NCBI GenBank assembly: GCA_964016885.1 | Contig: OZ024740.1 | Span: 40,734,001-40,798,000, forward strand | Length of the DNA: 64,000 nucleotides | From: Eledone cirrhosa | Lineage: Eukaryota | Reading direction: 5' to 3' | Shown here: positions 15,001 to 27,693 of the stretch, in pieces | How positions within the stretch are numbered: the first letter of the stretch is position 1 | How the letters are laid out: the number at the start of each line of letters is the position of its first letter | Program-made: the position numbers and the translations under genes | The notes under the pieces: model-generated | The model's database searches: none | What the model was told of the DNA's origin: nothing | The model's input: the letters and a program-made list of their open reading frames with translations, nothing else

Positions 15001-18000
15001 CATCACACCCCACCTCCCAGCACCACAGTGGCACCAACTGGCAACACACTCCACCTCCCAACACCACAGTGGCACCAACTGGCATCACACTACACCTCCC
15101 AGTTCCACAGTGGCACCAACTGGAATCACACTCCACCTCCCAACTCCACAGTGGCACCAACTGGCATCACACTCCACCCCCAGCACCACAGTGGCACCAA
15201 CTGGCATCACAATCCACCTCCCAACTCCACAGTGGCACCAACTGGCATCACACTCTACCTCCCAACCCCACAGTGGCACCAACTGCATCACACTCCACCC
15301 CCCAACACCATTGTGGGACCAACTGGCATCACACTCTACCTCCCAACTCCACAGTGGAACCAACTGGGATCACACTCTACTTCCCAACTCCACAGTGGCA
15401 CCAACTGGCATCACACACCACCTCCCACCTCCACAGTGGCACCAACTGGCAACACACTCCACCTACCAACCCCACCGTGGCACCAACTGGCATCACATTC
15501 CACCCCCAGCTCCACAATGGCACCAACTGGCAACACACTCCACCTCCGACCCCCAGCACCACAGTGGCACCAATTGGCATCACACTCCAACTACCAGCCC
15601 CACAGTGGGACCAACTGGCATCAGACTCCACGTCCCAGCTCCACAGTGGCACCCACTGGCACCACACTCCGCCTCCCAGCTGGACAGTGGCACCAACTTG
15701 CATCACACTCCACCTCCCAACTCCACAGTGGCACCAACTGGAATCACAATCCACGCCCCAGCACCACATTGGCACCAACTGGCATTACACTCCACCTCCC
15801 AAATCCACAGTGGCACCAACTGGCGACACGCTCCCCCCCCTCCCCAGCACCACAGTGACACCAACTCACATCACACTCTACCTCCCAACCCCACAGTTGC
15901 ACCGACTATCATCACACTCCACCTCCCTACCCCACAATGGCACCAACTGGAATCACACTCCAATTACCAGCCCCACAGTGGGACCAACTGGCATCAGACT
16001 CCACGTCCCAGCTGCACCGTGGCACCCACTGGCATCACACTCCACCTCCCAAATCCACAGTGGCACCAACTGGCATCACACTCCACCCCCAGCTCCACAG
16101 TGGGACCAACTGGCATCACACTTTAGCTCCCAGCCCCACAGTGACACCAACTGGCATCACACTCCAACTCCCAGCTCCACAGTGGCACCAACTGGCATCA
16201 CACTCTACCTACCAACACCACAGTGGCACCAACTGGCATCACACTCCACGCCCCAGCTCCACATTGGCACCAACTGGCATCACACTCCACCTCCCAGCAC
16301 CACAGTGGCACCAACTGGCATCACACTAAACCTCCCAACCCCACAGTGGCACCAACTGGCATCACACTCTACCTCCCAGCCCCGCAGTAGCACCAACTGG
16401 CATCACATTCCACCCTCAGCCCCACAGTGGAACCAACTGGCATCACCCCCACCCCCCAACTCCACTGTGGCACCAACTGGCATCACACTCTACCTCCCAA
16501 CTCCACAGTGGCACCAACTGGCATCACACTCTACCTCCCAGCACCACAGTGGCACCAACTGGCAACACACTCCACCTCCCAACCCCATAGTGGCATCACA
16601 CTCCACCCCCCAGCCCCACAATGGCACCAACTGGCATCACACTCCACCTCCCAGCCCCACAATGGCACCAACTGGCATCACACTCCACTTCCCATCTTCT
16701 CAGTGGCACCAACTGGCATCACACTCCACTTCCTATCTTCTCAGTGGCACCAACTGGCATCACACTCCACCCCCAGCACCACAGTGGCACCAACTGGCAT
16801 CACACTACACCTCCCAGTTCCACAGTGGCACCAACTGGAATCACACTCCACCTCCCAGGGTCACAGTGGCACCAACTGGAATCACACTCCACCTCCCAGG
16901 GTCACAGTGGCACCAACTGGGATAACACTCCACCTTCCAACTCCAGAGTGGCACCAACTGGCATCACACTCTACCTACCAAGGTCAGAGTGGCACCAACT
17001 GGCAGCACACTCCACCTCCCAACCCCAAAGTGACACCAACTGGCATCACACTCCACCTCCCAGCTCCACAGTGGCACCAACTGGCATCACACTCTACCTC
17101 CCAACACCACAGTGGGACCAACTGGCATCACAGTCCACCCCCAGCTCCACAGTGGGACCAACTGGCATCACACTCTACCTCCCAACTCCACAGTGGAACC
17201 AACTGGCATCACACCCCACCTCCCAGCTCCACAGTGGCACCAACTGGCAACACACTCCACCTCCCAACACCACAGTGGCACCAACTGGCATCACACTACA
17301 CCTCCCAGTTCCACAGTGGCACCAACTGGAATCACACTCCACCTCCCAACTCCACAGTGGCACCAACTGGCATCACACTCCACCCCCAGCACCACAGTGG
17401 CACCAACTGGCATCACAATCCACCTCCCAACTCCACAGTGGCACCAACTGGCATCACACTCTACCTCCCAACCCCACAGTGGCACCAACTGCATCACACT
17501 CCACCCCCCAACACCATTGTGGCACCAACTGGCATCACACTCTACCTCCCAACTCCACAGTGGAACCAACTGGGATCACACTCTACCTCCCAACTCCACA
17601 GTGGCACCAACTGGCATCACACACCACCTCCCAGCTCCACAGTGGCACCAACTGGCAACACACTCCACCTACCAACCCCACAGTGGCACCAACTGGCATC
17701 ACATTCCACCCCCAGCTCCACAATGGCACCAACTGGCAACACACTCCACCTCCGACCCCCGGCACCACAGTGGCACCAACTGGAATCACACTCCAACTAC
17801 CAGCCCCACAGTGGGACCAACTGGCATCAGACTCCACGTCCCAGCTGCACCGTGGCACCCACTGGCACCACACTCCGCCTCCCAGCTCCACAGTGGCACC
17901 AACTGGCATCACACTCCAGCTCCCAACACCACAGTGGCACCAACTGGAATCACACTCCACGCCCCAGCACCACATTGGCACCAACTGGCATTACACTCTA

Positions 18001-21000
18001 CCTCCCAGCCCCACAGTGGCACCAACTGGCATCACACTCCACATCCCAACCCCACAGTTGCACCGACTATCATCACACTCCACCTCCCTACTCCACAATG
18101 GCACCAACTGGAATCACACTCCACCTCCCAACTCCACAGTGGCACCAACTGACATCACACCACACCTCCCAGCACCACAGTGGCACCAACTGGCATCACA
18201 CGCCACCCCCAGCACCCACAGTGACACCAACTCGCATCACACTCTACCTCCCAGCTCCACAGTGGCACCAACTGGCATCACACTCCACCTCCCAGCACCA
18301 CAGTGGCACCAACTGGGATAACACTCCACCTCCCAACTCCAGAGTGGCACCAACTGGCATCACACCCCACCTCCCAATTCCACAGTGGGACCAACTGGCA
18401 TCACAATCCACTCCCAGCCCCACAGTGGCACCAACTAGCATCACACTCTACCTACCAACACCACAGTGGCACTAACTGGCATCACACTCCACCTCCCAGC
18501 TCCACAGTGGCACCAACTGGAATCACACCCCACCTCCCAGCCCCACAGTGGCACCAACTGGAATCACACCCCACATCCCAGCCCCACAGTGGCACCAACT
18601 GGCATCACACTCTACCTCCCAGCCCCACAGTGGGACCAACTGGCATCACACTCTACCTCCCAGGGTCACAGTGGTACCAGCTGGCATCACATTCCACCTC
18701 CCAACTCCACAGTGACACCATCTGGCATCACACTGCACCTTCCAGCCCCACAGTGGCACCAACTGGCATCACACTCGACCTCCCAGCACCACAGTGGCAC
18801 CAACTGGAATCACACCACACCTCCCAGCCCCACAGTGGCACCAACTGGCATCACACTCCACGCCCCAGCTCTAAATTGGCACCAACTGGTATCACACTCC
18901 ACCTCCCAGCCGCACAGTGGGACCAACTGGCAACACACTCAACCTCCCACCCTCACAGTGACACCAACTGGCATCACCCCCCACTCCCCAACCCCACTGT
19001 GGCACCAACTGGCATCACACTCTACCTCCCAACTCCACAGTGGAACCAACTGGCATCACACTCCACCCCCAGCTCCACAGTGGCACCAACTGGCATCACA
19101 CTCCACCTCCCAACTCCACAGTAGCACCAACTGACATCACACTACCCCCCAGCCCCACAGTGGCACCAACTGGCATCACACTCCCCCTCCCAGCTCTACA
19201 GTGGAACCAACTGGCATCACAATCCACCCCCAACTCAAGTGGCACCAACTGGCATCACAATCCACTCCCAGCCCCACAGTGGCACCAACTAGCATCACAC
19301 TCTACCTACCAACACCACAGTGGCACTAACTGGCATCACACTCCACCTCCCAGCTCCACAGTGGCACCAACTGGAATCACACCCCACCTCCCAGCCCCAC
19401 AGTGGCACCAACTGGAATCACACCCCACATCCCAGCCCCACAGTGGCACCAACTGGCATCACACTCTACCTCCCAGCCCCACAGTGGCACCAACTGGAAT
19501 CACACCCCACATCCCAGCCCCACAGTGGCACCAACTGGCATCACACTCTACCTCCCAGCCCCACAGTGGCACCAACTGGCATCACACTCCACCTCCCAGG
19601 GTCACAGTGGCACCAACTGGCATCACACTCCACCTCCCAGCTCCACAGTGGCACCAACTGGCATCACACTCCACCCCCAGCACCACAGTGGCACCAACTG
19701 GCATCACAATCCACCTCCCAAATCCACAGTGGCACCAACTGGCATCACACTCCACCCCCAGCACCACAGTGGCACCAACTGGCATCACAATCCACCTCCC
19801 AAATCCACAGTGGCACCAACTGTCATCACACTCCACCCCCAGCACCACAGTGGCACCAACTGGCATCACAATCCACCTCCCAAATCCACAGTGGCACCAA
19901 CTGGCATCACACTCCACCCCCAGCCCCACAGTGGCACCAACTGGCATCACACTCTACCTCCCAACCCCACAGTGGCACCAACTGCATCACACTCCACCCC
20001 CCAACACCATTGTGGCACCAACTGGCATCACACTCCACCTCCGAACTCCACAGTGGAACCAACTGGCATCACACTCTACCTCCCAACTCCACAGTGGAAC
20101 CAACTGGGATCACACTCTACCTCCCAACTCCACAGTGGCACCAACTGGCATCACACACCACCTCCCAGCTCCACAGTGGCACCAACTGGCAACACACTCC
20201 ACCTACCAACCCCACAGTGGCACCAACTGGCATCACATTCCACCCCCAGATCCACAATGGCACCAACTGGCAACACACTCCACCTCCGACCCCCAGCAGC
20301 ACAGTGGCACCAACTGGCATCACACTCCAACTACCAGCTCCACAGTGGGACCAACTGGCATCAGACTCCACGTCCCAGCTCCACAGTGGCACCCACTGGC
20401 ACCACACTCCGCCTCCCAGCTGGACAGTGGCACCAACTAGCATCACACTCCACCTCCCAACTCCACAGTGGCACCAACTGGAATCACACTCCACGCCCCA
20501 GCACCACATTGGCACCAACTGGCATTACACTCCACCTCCCAAATCCACAGTGGCACCAACTGGCGACACGCTCCCCCCCCTCCCCAGCACCACAGTGACA
20601 CCAACTCACATCACACTCTACCTCCCAACCCCACAGTTGCACCGACTATCATCACACTCCACCTCCCTACTCCACAATGGCACCAACTGGAATCACACTC
20701 CAACTACCAGCCCCACAGTGGGACCAACTGGCATCAGACTCCCGTCCCAGCTGCACCGTGGAACCCACTGGCACCACACTCCGCCTCCCAGCTCCACAGT
20801 GGCACCAACTGGCATCACACTCCACCTCCCAACTCCACAGTGGCACCAACTGGAATCACACTCCACGCCCCAGCACCACATTGGCACCAACTGGCATTAC
20901 ACTCTACCTCCCAGCCCCACAGTGGCACCAACTGGCATCACACTCCACCTCCCTACTCCACAATGGCACCAACTGGAATCACACTCCACCTCCCAACTCC

Positions 21001-24000
21001 ACAGTGGCACCAACTGACATCACACCACACCTCCCAGCGCCACAGTGGCATCACACGCCACCCCCAGCACCCACAGTGACACCAACTCGCATCACACTCT
21101 ACCTCCCAGCTCCACAGTGGCACCAACTGGCATCACACTCCACCTCCCAGCGCCACCAACTGGGATAACACTCCACCTCCCAACTCCAGAGTGGCACCAA
21201 CTGGCATCACACTCTACCTCCCAGCTCCACAGTGGCACCAACTGCCATCACACTCTACCTCCCAGCTCCACAGTGGCACCAACTGGCATCACACTGCACC
21301 TCCCAGCTCCACAGTGGCACCAACTGGCATCACACTCCACCTCCCAACTCCACAGTAGCACCAACTGACATCACACTCCACCTCCCAGCTCCACAGTGGC
21401 ACCAACTGGCATCACACTCCAGCTCCCAACTCCACGTTGGCAACAACTGGCCTCACACCCCACCCTCAGCTCCACAGTGGGACCAACTGGCATCACACTC
21501 CACCTCCCATCACCACAGTGGCACCAACTGGCATCACACTCCACGTCCCAGCACCACAGTGGGACCAACTGGGATAACACTCCACCTCCCAACTCCGGAG
21601 TGGCACCAACTGGCATCTCACTCTACCTCCCAGCTCCACAGTGGCACCAACTGCGATCACACTCTACCTCCCAGCCCCACAGTGGCACCAACTGGTATCA
21701 CACTCCACCTCCCAGCCGCACAGTGGCACCAACTGGCATCACACTCCACCTCCCAACTCCACAGTAGCACCAACTGACATCACACTCCACCTCCCAGTTC
21801 CACAGTGGCACCAACTGGAATCACACTCCACCTCCCAGGGTCACAGTGGCACCAACTGGAATCACACTCCACCTCCCAGGGTCACAGTGGCACCAACTGG
21901 GATAACACTCCACCTCCCAACTCCAGAGTGGCACCAACTGGCATCACACTCTACCTACCAGGGTCAGAGTGGCACCAACTGGCAGCACACTCCACCTCCC
22001 AACCCCAAAGTGACACCAACTGGCATCACACTCCACCTCCCAGCTCCACAGTGGCACCAACTGGCATCACACTCTACCTCCCAACACCAGAGTGGGACCA
22101 ACTGGCATCGCAGTCCACCCCCAGCTCCACAGTGGGACCAACTGGCATCACACTCTACCTCCCAACTCCACAGTGGAACCAACTGGCATCACACCCCACC
22201 TCCCAGCTCCACAGTGGCACCAACTGGCAACACACTCCACCTCCCAACACCACAGTGGCACCAACTGGCATCACACTACACCTCCCAGTTCCACAGTGGC
22301 ACCAACTGGAATCACACTCCACCTCCCAACTCCACAGTGGCACCAACTGGCATCACACTCCACCCCCAGCACCACAGTGGCACCAACTGGCATCACAATC
22401 CACCTCCCAACTCCACAGTGGCACCAACTGGCATCACACTCTACCTCCCAACCCCACAGTGGCACCAACTGCATCACACTCCACCCCCCAACACCATTGT
22501 GGCACCAACTGGCATCACACTCTACCTCCCAACTCCACAGTGGAACCAACTGGGATCATACTCTACCTCCCAACTCCACAGTGGCACCAACTGGCATCAC
22601 ACACCACCTCCCAGCTCCACAGTGGCACCAACTGGCAACACACTCCACCTACCAACCCCACAGTGGCACCAACTGGCATCACATTCCACCCCCAGCTCCA
22701 CAATGGCACCAACTGGCAACACACTCCACCTCCGACCCCCGGCACCACAGTGGCACCAACTGGAATCACACTCCAACTACCAGCCCCACAGTGGGACCAA
22801 CTGGCATCAGACTCCACGTCCCAGCTGCACCGTGGAACCCACTGGCACCACACTCCGCCTCCCAGCTCCACAGTGGCACCAACTGGCATCACACTCCACC
22901 TCCCAACTCCACAGTGGCACCAACTGGAATCACACTCCACGCCCCAGCACCACATTGGCACCAACTGGCATTACACTCTACCTCCCAGCCCCACAGTGGC
23001 ACCAACTGGCATCACACTCCACCTCCCAAGCCCACAGTTGCACTGACTATCATCACACTCCACCTCCCTACTCCACAATGGCACCAACTGGAATCACACT
23101 CCACCTCCCAACTCCACAGTGGCACCAACTGACATCACACCACACCTCCCAGCACCACAGTGGCACCAACTGGCATCACACGCCACCCACAGTGACACCA
23201 ACTCGCATCACACTCTACCTCCCAGCTCCACAGTGGCACCAACTGGCATCACACTCCACCTCCCAGCACCACAGTGGCACCAACTGGGATAACACTCCAC
23301 CTCCCAACTCCAGAGTGGCACCAACTGGCATCACACTCTACCTCCCAGCTCCACAGTGGCACCAACTGGCATCACACCCCACCTCCCAATTCCACAGTGG
23401 GACCAACTGGCATCACAATCCACTCCCAGCCCCACAGTGGCACCAACTAGCATCACACTCTACCTACCAACACCACAGTGGCACTAACTGGCATCACACT
23501 CCACCTCCCAGCTCCACAGTGGCACCAACTGGAATCACACCCCACCTCCCAGCCCCACAGTGGCACCAACTGGAATCACACCCCACATCCCAGCCCCACA
23601 GTGGCACCAACTGGCATCACACTCTACCTCCCAGCCCCACAGTGGGACCAACTGGCATCACACTCTACCTCCCAGGGTCACAGTGGTACCAGCTGGCATC
23701 ACATTCCACCTCCCAACTCCACAGTGACACCATCTGGCATCACACTGCACCTTCCAGCCCCACAGTGGCACCAACTGGCATCACACTCGACCTCCCAGCA
23801 CCACAGTGGCACCAACTGGAATCACACCACACCTCCCAGCCCCACAGTGGCACCAACTGGCATCACACTCCACGCCCCAGCTCTAAATTGGCACCAACTG
23901 GTATCACACTCCACCTCCCAGCCGCACAGGGGGACCAACTGGCAACACACTCAACCTCCCACCCTCACAGTGACACCAACTGGCATCACACCCCACCCCC

Positions 24001-26400
24001 CAACCCCACTGTGGCACCAACTGGCATCACACTCTACCTCCCAACTCCACAGTGGAACCAACTGGCATCACACTCCACCCCCAGCTCCACAGTGGCACCA
24101 ACTGGCATCACACTCCACCTCCCAACTCCACAGTAGCACCAACTGACATCACACTACCCCCCAGCCCCACAGTGGCACCAACTGGCATCACACTCCCCCT
24201 CCCAGCTCTACAGTGGAACCAACTGGCATCACAATCCACCCTCAACTCAAGTGGCACCAACTGGCATCACAATCCACTCCCAGCCCCACAGTCGCACCAA
24301 CTAGCATCACACTCTACCTACCAACACCACAGTGGCACTAACTGGCATCACACTCCACCTCCCAGCCCCACAGTGGCACCAACTGGAATCACACCCCACA
24401 TCCCAGCCCCACAGTGGCACCAACTGGCATCACACTCTACCTCCCAGCCCCACAGTGGCACCAACTGGAATCACACCCCACATCTCAGCCCCACAGTGGC
24501 ACCAACTGGCATCACACTCTACCTCCCAGGGTCACAGTGGTACCAACTGGCATCACACTCCACCCCCAGCTCCACAGTGACACCATCTGGCATCACACTG
24601 CACCTTCCAGCCCCACAGTGGCACCAACTGGCATCACACTCGACCTCCCAGCACCACAGTGGCACCAACTGGAATCACACCACACCTCCCAGCCCCACAG
24701 TGGCACCAACTGGCATCACACTCCACGCCCCAGCTCTAAATTGGCACCAACTGGTATCACACTCCACCTCCCAGCCGCACAGTGGGACCAACTGGCAACA
24801 CACTCAACCTCCCACCCTCACAGTGACACCAACTGGCATCACACCCCACCCCCCAACCCCACTGTGGCACCAACTGGCATCACACTCTACCTCCCAACTC
24901 CACAGTGGAACCAACTGGCATCACACTCCACCCCCAGCTCCACAGTGGCACCAACTGGCATCACACTCCACCTCCCAACTCCACAGTAGCACCAACTGAC
25001 ATCACACTACCCCCCAGCCCCATAGTGGCACCAACTGGCATCACACTCCACCTCCCAGCTCTACAGTGGAACCAACTGGCATCACAATCCACCCCCAACT
25101 CAAGTGGCACCAACTGGCATCATACTCTACCTACCAACACCACAGTGGCACTTACTGGCATCACACTCCACCCCCAGGTCACAGTGGGACTAACTGGCAT
25201 CACACTCCACCTCCCAGCTCCACAGTGGCACCAACTGGCATCACACTCTACCTCCCAGCCCCACAGTGGCACCAACTGGCATCACACTCCACCTCCCAGG
25301 GTCACAGTGGCACCAACTGGCATCACACTCCACCTCCCAGCTCCACAGTGGCACCAACTGGCATCACACGCCACCTCCTAGCACCACAATGGCACCAACT
25401 GCCATCACACTCTACCTCCCAGCCCCACAGTGGCACCAACTGGAATCACACTCCACCTTCCAACTCTACAGTGGCACCAACTGGCATCAAACTCCACGCC
25501 CCAGCTCCACATTGGCACCAACTGGCATCACACTCCACCTCCTAAATCCACAGTGGCACCAACTGGCATGACACTCCACCCCCAGCTCCACAGTGGCACC
25601 AACTGGCATCACACTCCACCTCCCAAATCCACAGTGGCACCAACTGGCATGACACTCCACCCCCAGCTCCACAGTGGGACCAACTGGCATCACACTTTAC
25701 CTCCCAGCCCCACAGTGGCACCAACTGGCATCACACTCCACCTCCCAGCTCCACAGTGGCACCAACTGGCATCACACTCTACCTCCCAGCTCCACAGTGG
25801 CACCAACTGGCAACACACTCCACCTCCCAACCCCACAGTGGCACCAACTGGGATCACACACCACCTCCCAGCACCACAGTAGCACCAACTGGCATCACAC
25901 TCCACCCCCAGCACCACAGTGGCACCAACTGGCAACACACTCCACCTCCCAACCCCATAGTGGCATCACACTCCACCCCCCAGCCCCACAATGGCACCAA
26001 CTGGCATCACACTCCACCTCCCAGCCCCACAATGGCACCAACTGGCATCACACTCCACTTCCCATCTTCTCAGTGGCACCAACTGGCATCACACTCCACT
26101 TCCTATCTTCTCAGTGGCACCAACTGGCATCACACTCCACCCCCAGCACCACAGTGGCACCAACTGGCAACACACTCCACCTCCCAACCCCATAGTGGCA
26201 TCACACTCCACCCCCCAGCCCCACAATGGCACCAACTGGCATCACACTCCACCTCCCAGCCCCACAATGGCACCAACTGGCATCACACTCCACTTCCCAT
26301 CTTCTCAGTGGCACCAACTGGCATCACACTCCACTTCCTATCTTCTCAGTGGCACCAACTGGCATCACACTCCACCCCCCAGTTCTACAGTGACACCAAC
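1..26400. repeat. Giant 41-bp minisatellite, about 640 units, truncated by the left window edge
   Basis: Consensus CACAGTGGCACCAACTGGCATCACACTCCACCTCCCAGC(A/C/T)C is repeated continuously, with 40-bp and 31-bp variants. It switches abruptly to AT-rich unique sequence at about 26,400. Confidence 0.99.
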
Positions 26401-26564
26401 TCGCATAATTTCACTCTCATTCTCATAACATTTTATATTATTTATTTAAAATTAAATCATAAAGTATATTTTATGATTATATCTAATAGTAAAATACAAA
26501 ATGAAATAATATGATGCAAAAAAAAGTTATTTTTTATTCACCATAAATAATGATTTCATATCAA

Positions 26565-26745
26565 CAATTTGTGGGGAGAGAAAGTTGATTACATCAACTT
26601 CAGTATGTAACTGGTACTTTATTTTATTTACCCCCAGAAGGATGAAAGGCAAAGTTGACCTCAGTAGGATTTCAACTCAGAACATAAAGTGCTATAACAA
26701 ATACCACAGAGCATTTGTCTGATGCTCATCCACTGCCATTTTCTC
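26565..26745 (-). mobile_element. tRNA-derived SINE (Meta-SINE-like core); family recurs 7 times in window
   Basis: The motif CTGGTACTTTATTTTAT..GGATGAAAGGCAAAGTTGACCTC..GATTTCAACTCAG is shared with copies at about 46.83, 47.17, 51.64, 58.60, 59.25 and 63.84 kb. A B-box-like sequence is on the minus strand. Confidence 0.8.
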
Positions 26746-26956
26746 AATAAATGATGATGAGAATCAACATCATTGTAGCAATATCATCCACATTTTAATG
26801 TGAATGATAATTATTTCTTTATTTAATCAAATGATAATTTTTCCAGAATATGACATGATATAAAGGATCATATATGTGTAGTATCATATAACAAAACTAG
26901 AATATTGCAACTGATAGATTAGCCAAATATTTATATCAAAAATACACAGTATTTAA

Positions 26957-27157
26957 CCCTTTAGTATTTAAACTGGCCATATCCTGCCAGAATTCTCTCA
27001 CCTCTTTCTGTTCAAACCGGCCATAACCGGCTGCTCATAACTGTTCTCAAAATAAATAATATCAAAATCTCATAGATTCGATATTTATTATGTGAGGTAA
27101 AACCTTTACCATGAAAATATAATAGTAAATGTATAGAGTAATGTAAATGCTAAAGGG
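26957..27157. mobile_element. piggyBac-like MITE
   Basis: TIRs CCCTTTAGTATTT/AAATGCTAAAGGG are flanked by TTAA on both sides; a second copy is at 51,881. Confidence 0.85.
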
Positions 27158-27259
27158 TTAAATATCAAATTATGAAACTAATTAGAAAATAAATGTTTAA
27201 GTTTGGACAGTTTTCAATGTTTATTATAATAAAGTTCTTCATTTATAATTATCTTTCTC

Positions 27260-27554
27260 TGTAAAGTTATGCTGGTACCACAACATCCAGTCCTAAATAA
27301 ATGAGGTTGTGTAGGTGTCACGATAAAAAAAACAGATAGTCCACGCTGTAATGTGGCCGTGTAGGTAACATGGTAAAAACCTCCCAGTCTACACTGTAAC
27401 CGTGGTTGGTGTTAGGAAGGGCATTCAGCCGTGGAAAACCTGCCAGACAGTCCTATACGAGCGAAACGACCAATCTTGCCTCAAGTGGGGCAATTCCCGT
27501 CTAAACCCATGCTAGCGTGGAAGATAGATGTTAAACGATGATGATGATGATGAT
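27260..27554 (+). mobile_element. RTE family A 3' UTR fragment with (GAT)n tail, within the presumed SPIDR 3' UTR
   Basis: Reverse complement of the 3' UTRs at 29.73-30.03, 37.82-38.13 and 48.15-48.44 kb. Confidence 0.9.
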
Positions 27555-27567
27555 ATTTTGATTGTTT

Positions 27568-27693
27568 TTAAACTAATCGAATCTCTTCCAAGTAAAATTC
27601 TGAAATTTGTTTTCTCTGGAACTTATTGTGCCTTTTAAGAATACATATTAAAGGACCAAGTTGTTGACCAAGAACTGTAGAGACATCGTAGCC
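27568..27693 (-). CDS. SPIDR: SPIDR terminal coding exon (GYDVSTVLGQQLGPLICIL...LEEIRLV*)
   Basis: Acceptor tttttgcttcag; 42 codons ending TAA; resembles GSYEVKSVLGKEVGLLNC..LEEIELL. Confidence 0.9.
   Translation of the reverse strand, partial: GYDVSTVLGQQLGPLICILKRHNKFQRKQISEFYLEEIRLV

Noticed and set aside
1-26400. RAG RSS heptamer CACAGTG in nearly every unit
   Set aside because: There is no nonamer at 12 or 23 bp (ATCACACTC is 4/9 to ACAAAAACC; CCTCCCAGC does not match) and no RAG/Transib gene in the window.
1-26514. Dozens of His/Pro/Thr-rich ORFs as a mucin-like or structural gene
   Set aside because: All three frames give the same peptide, stops are scattered, and there is no signal peptide, unique domain or splice structure. 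The repeat composition explains them.
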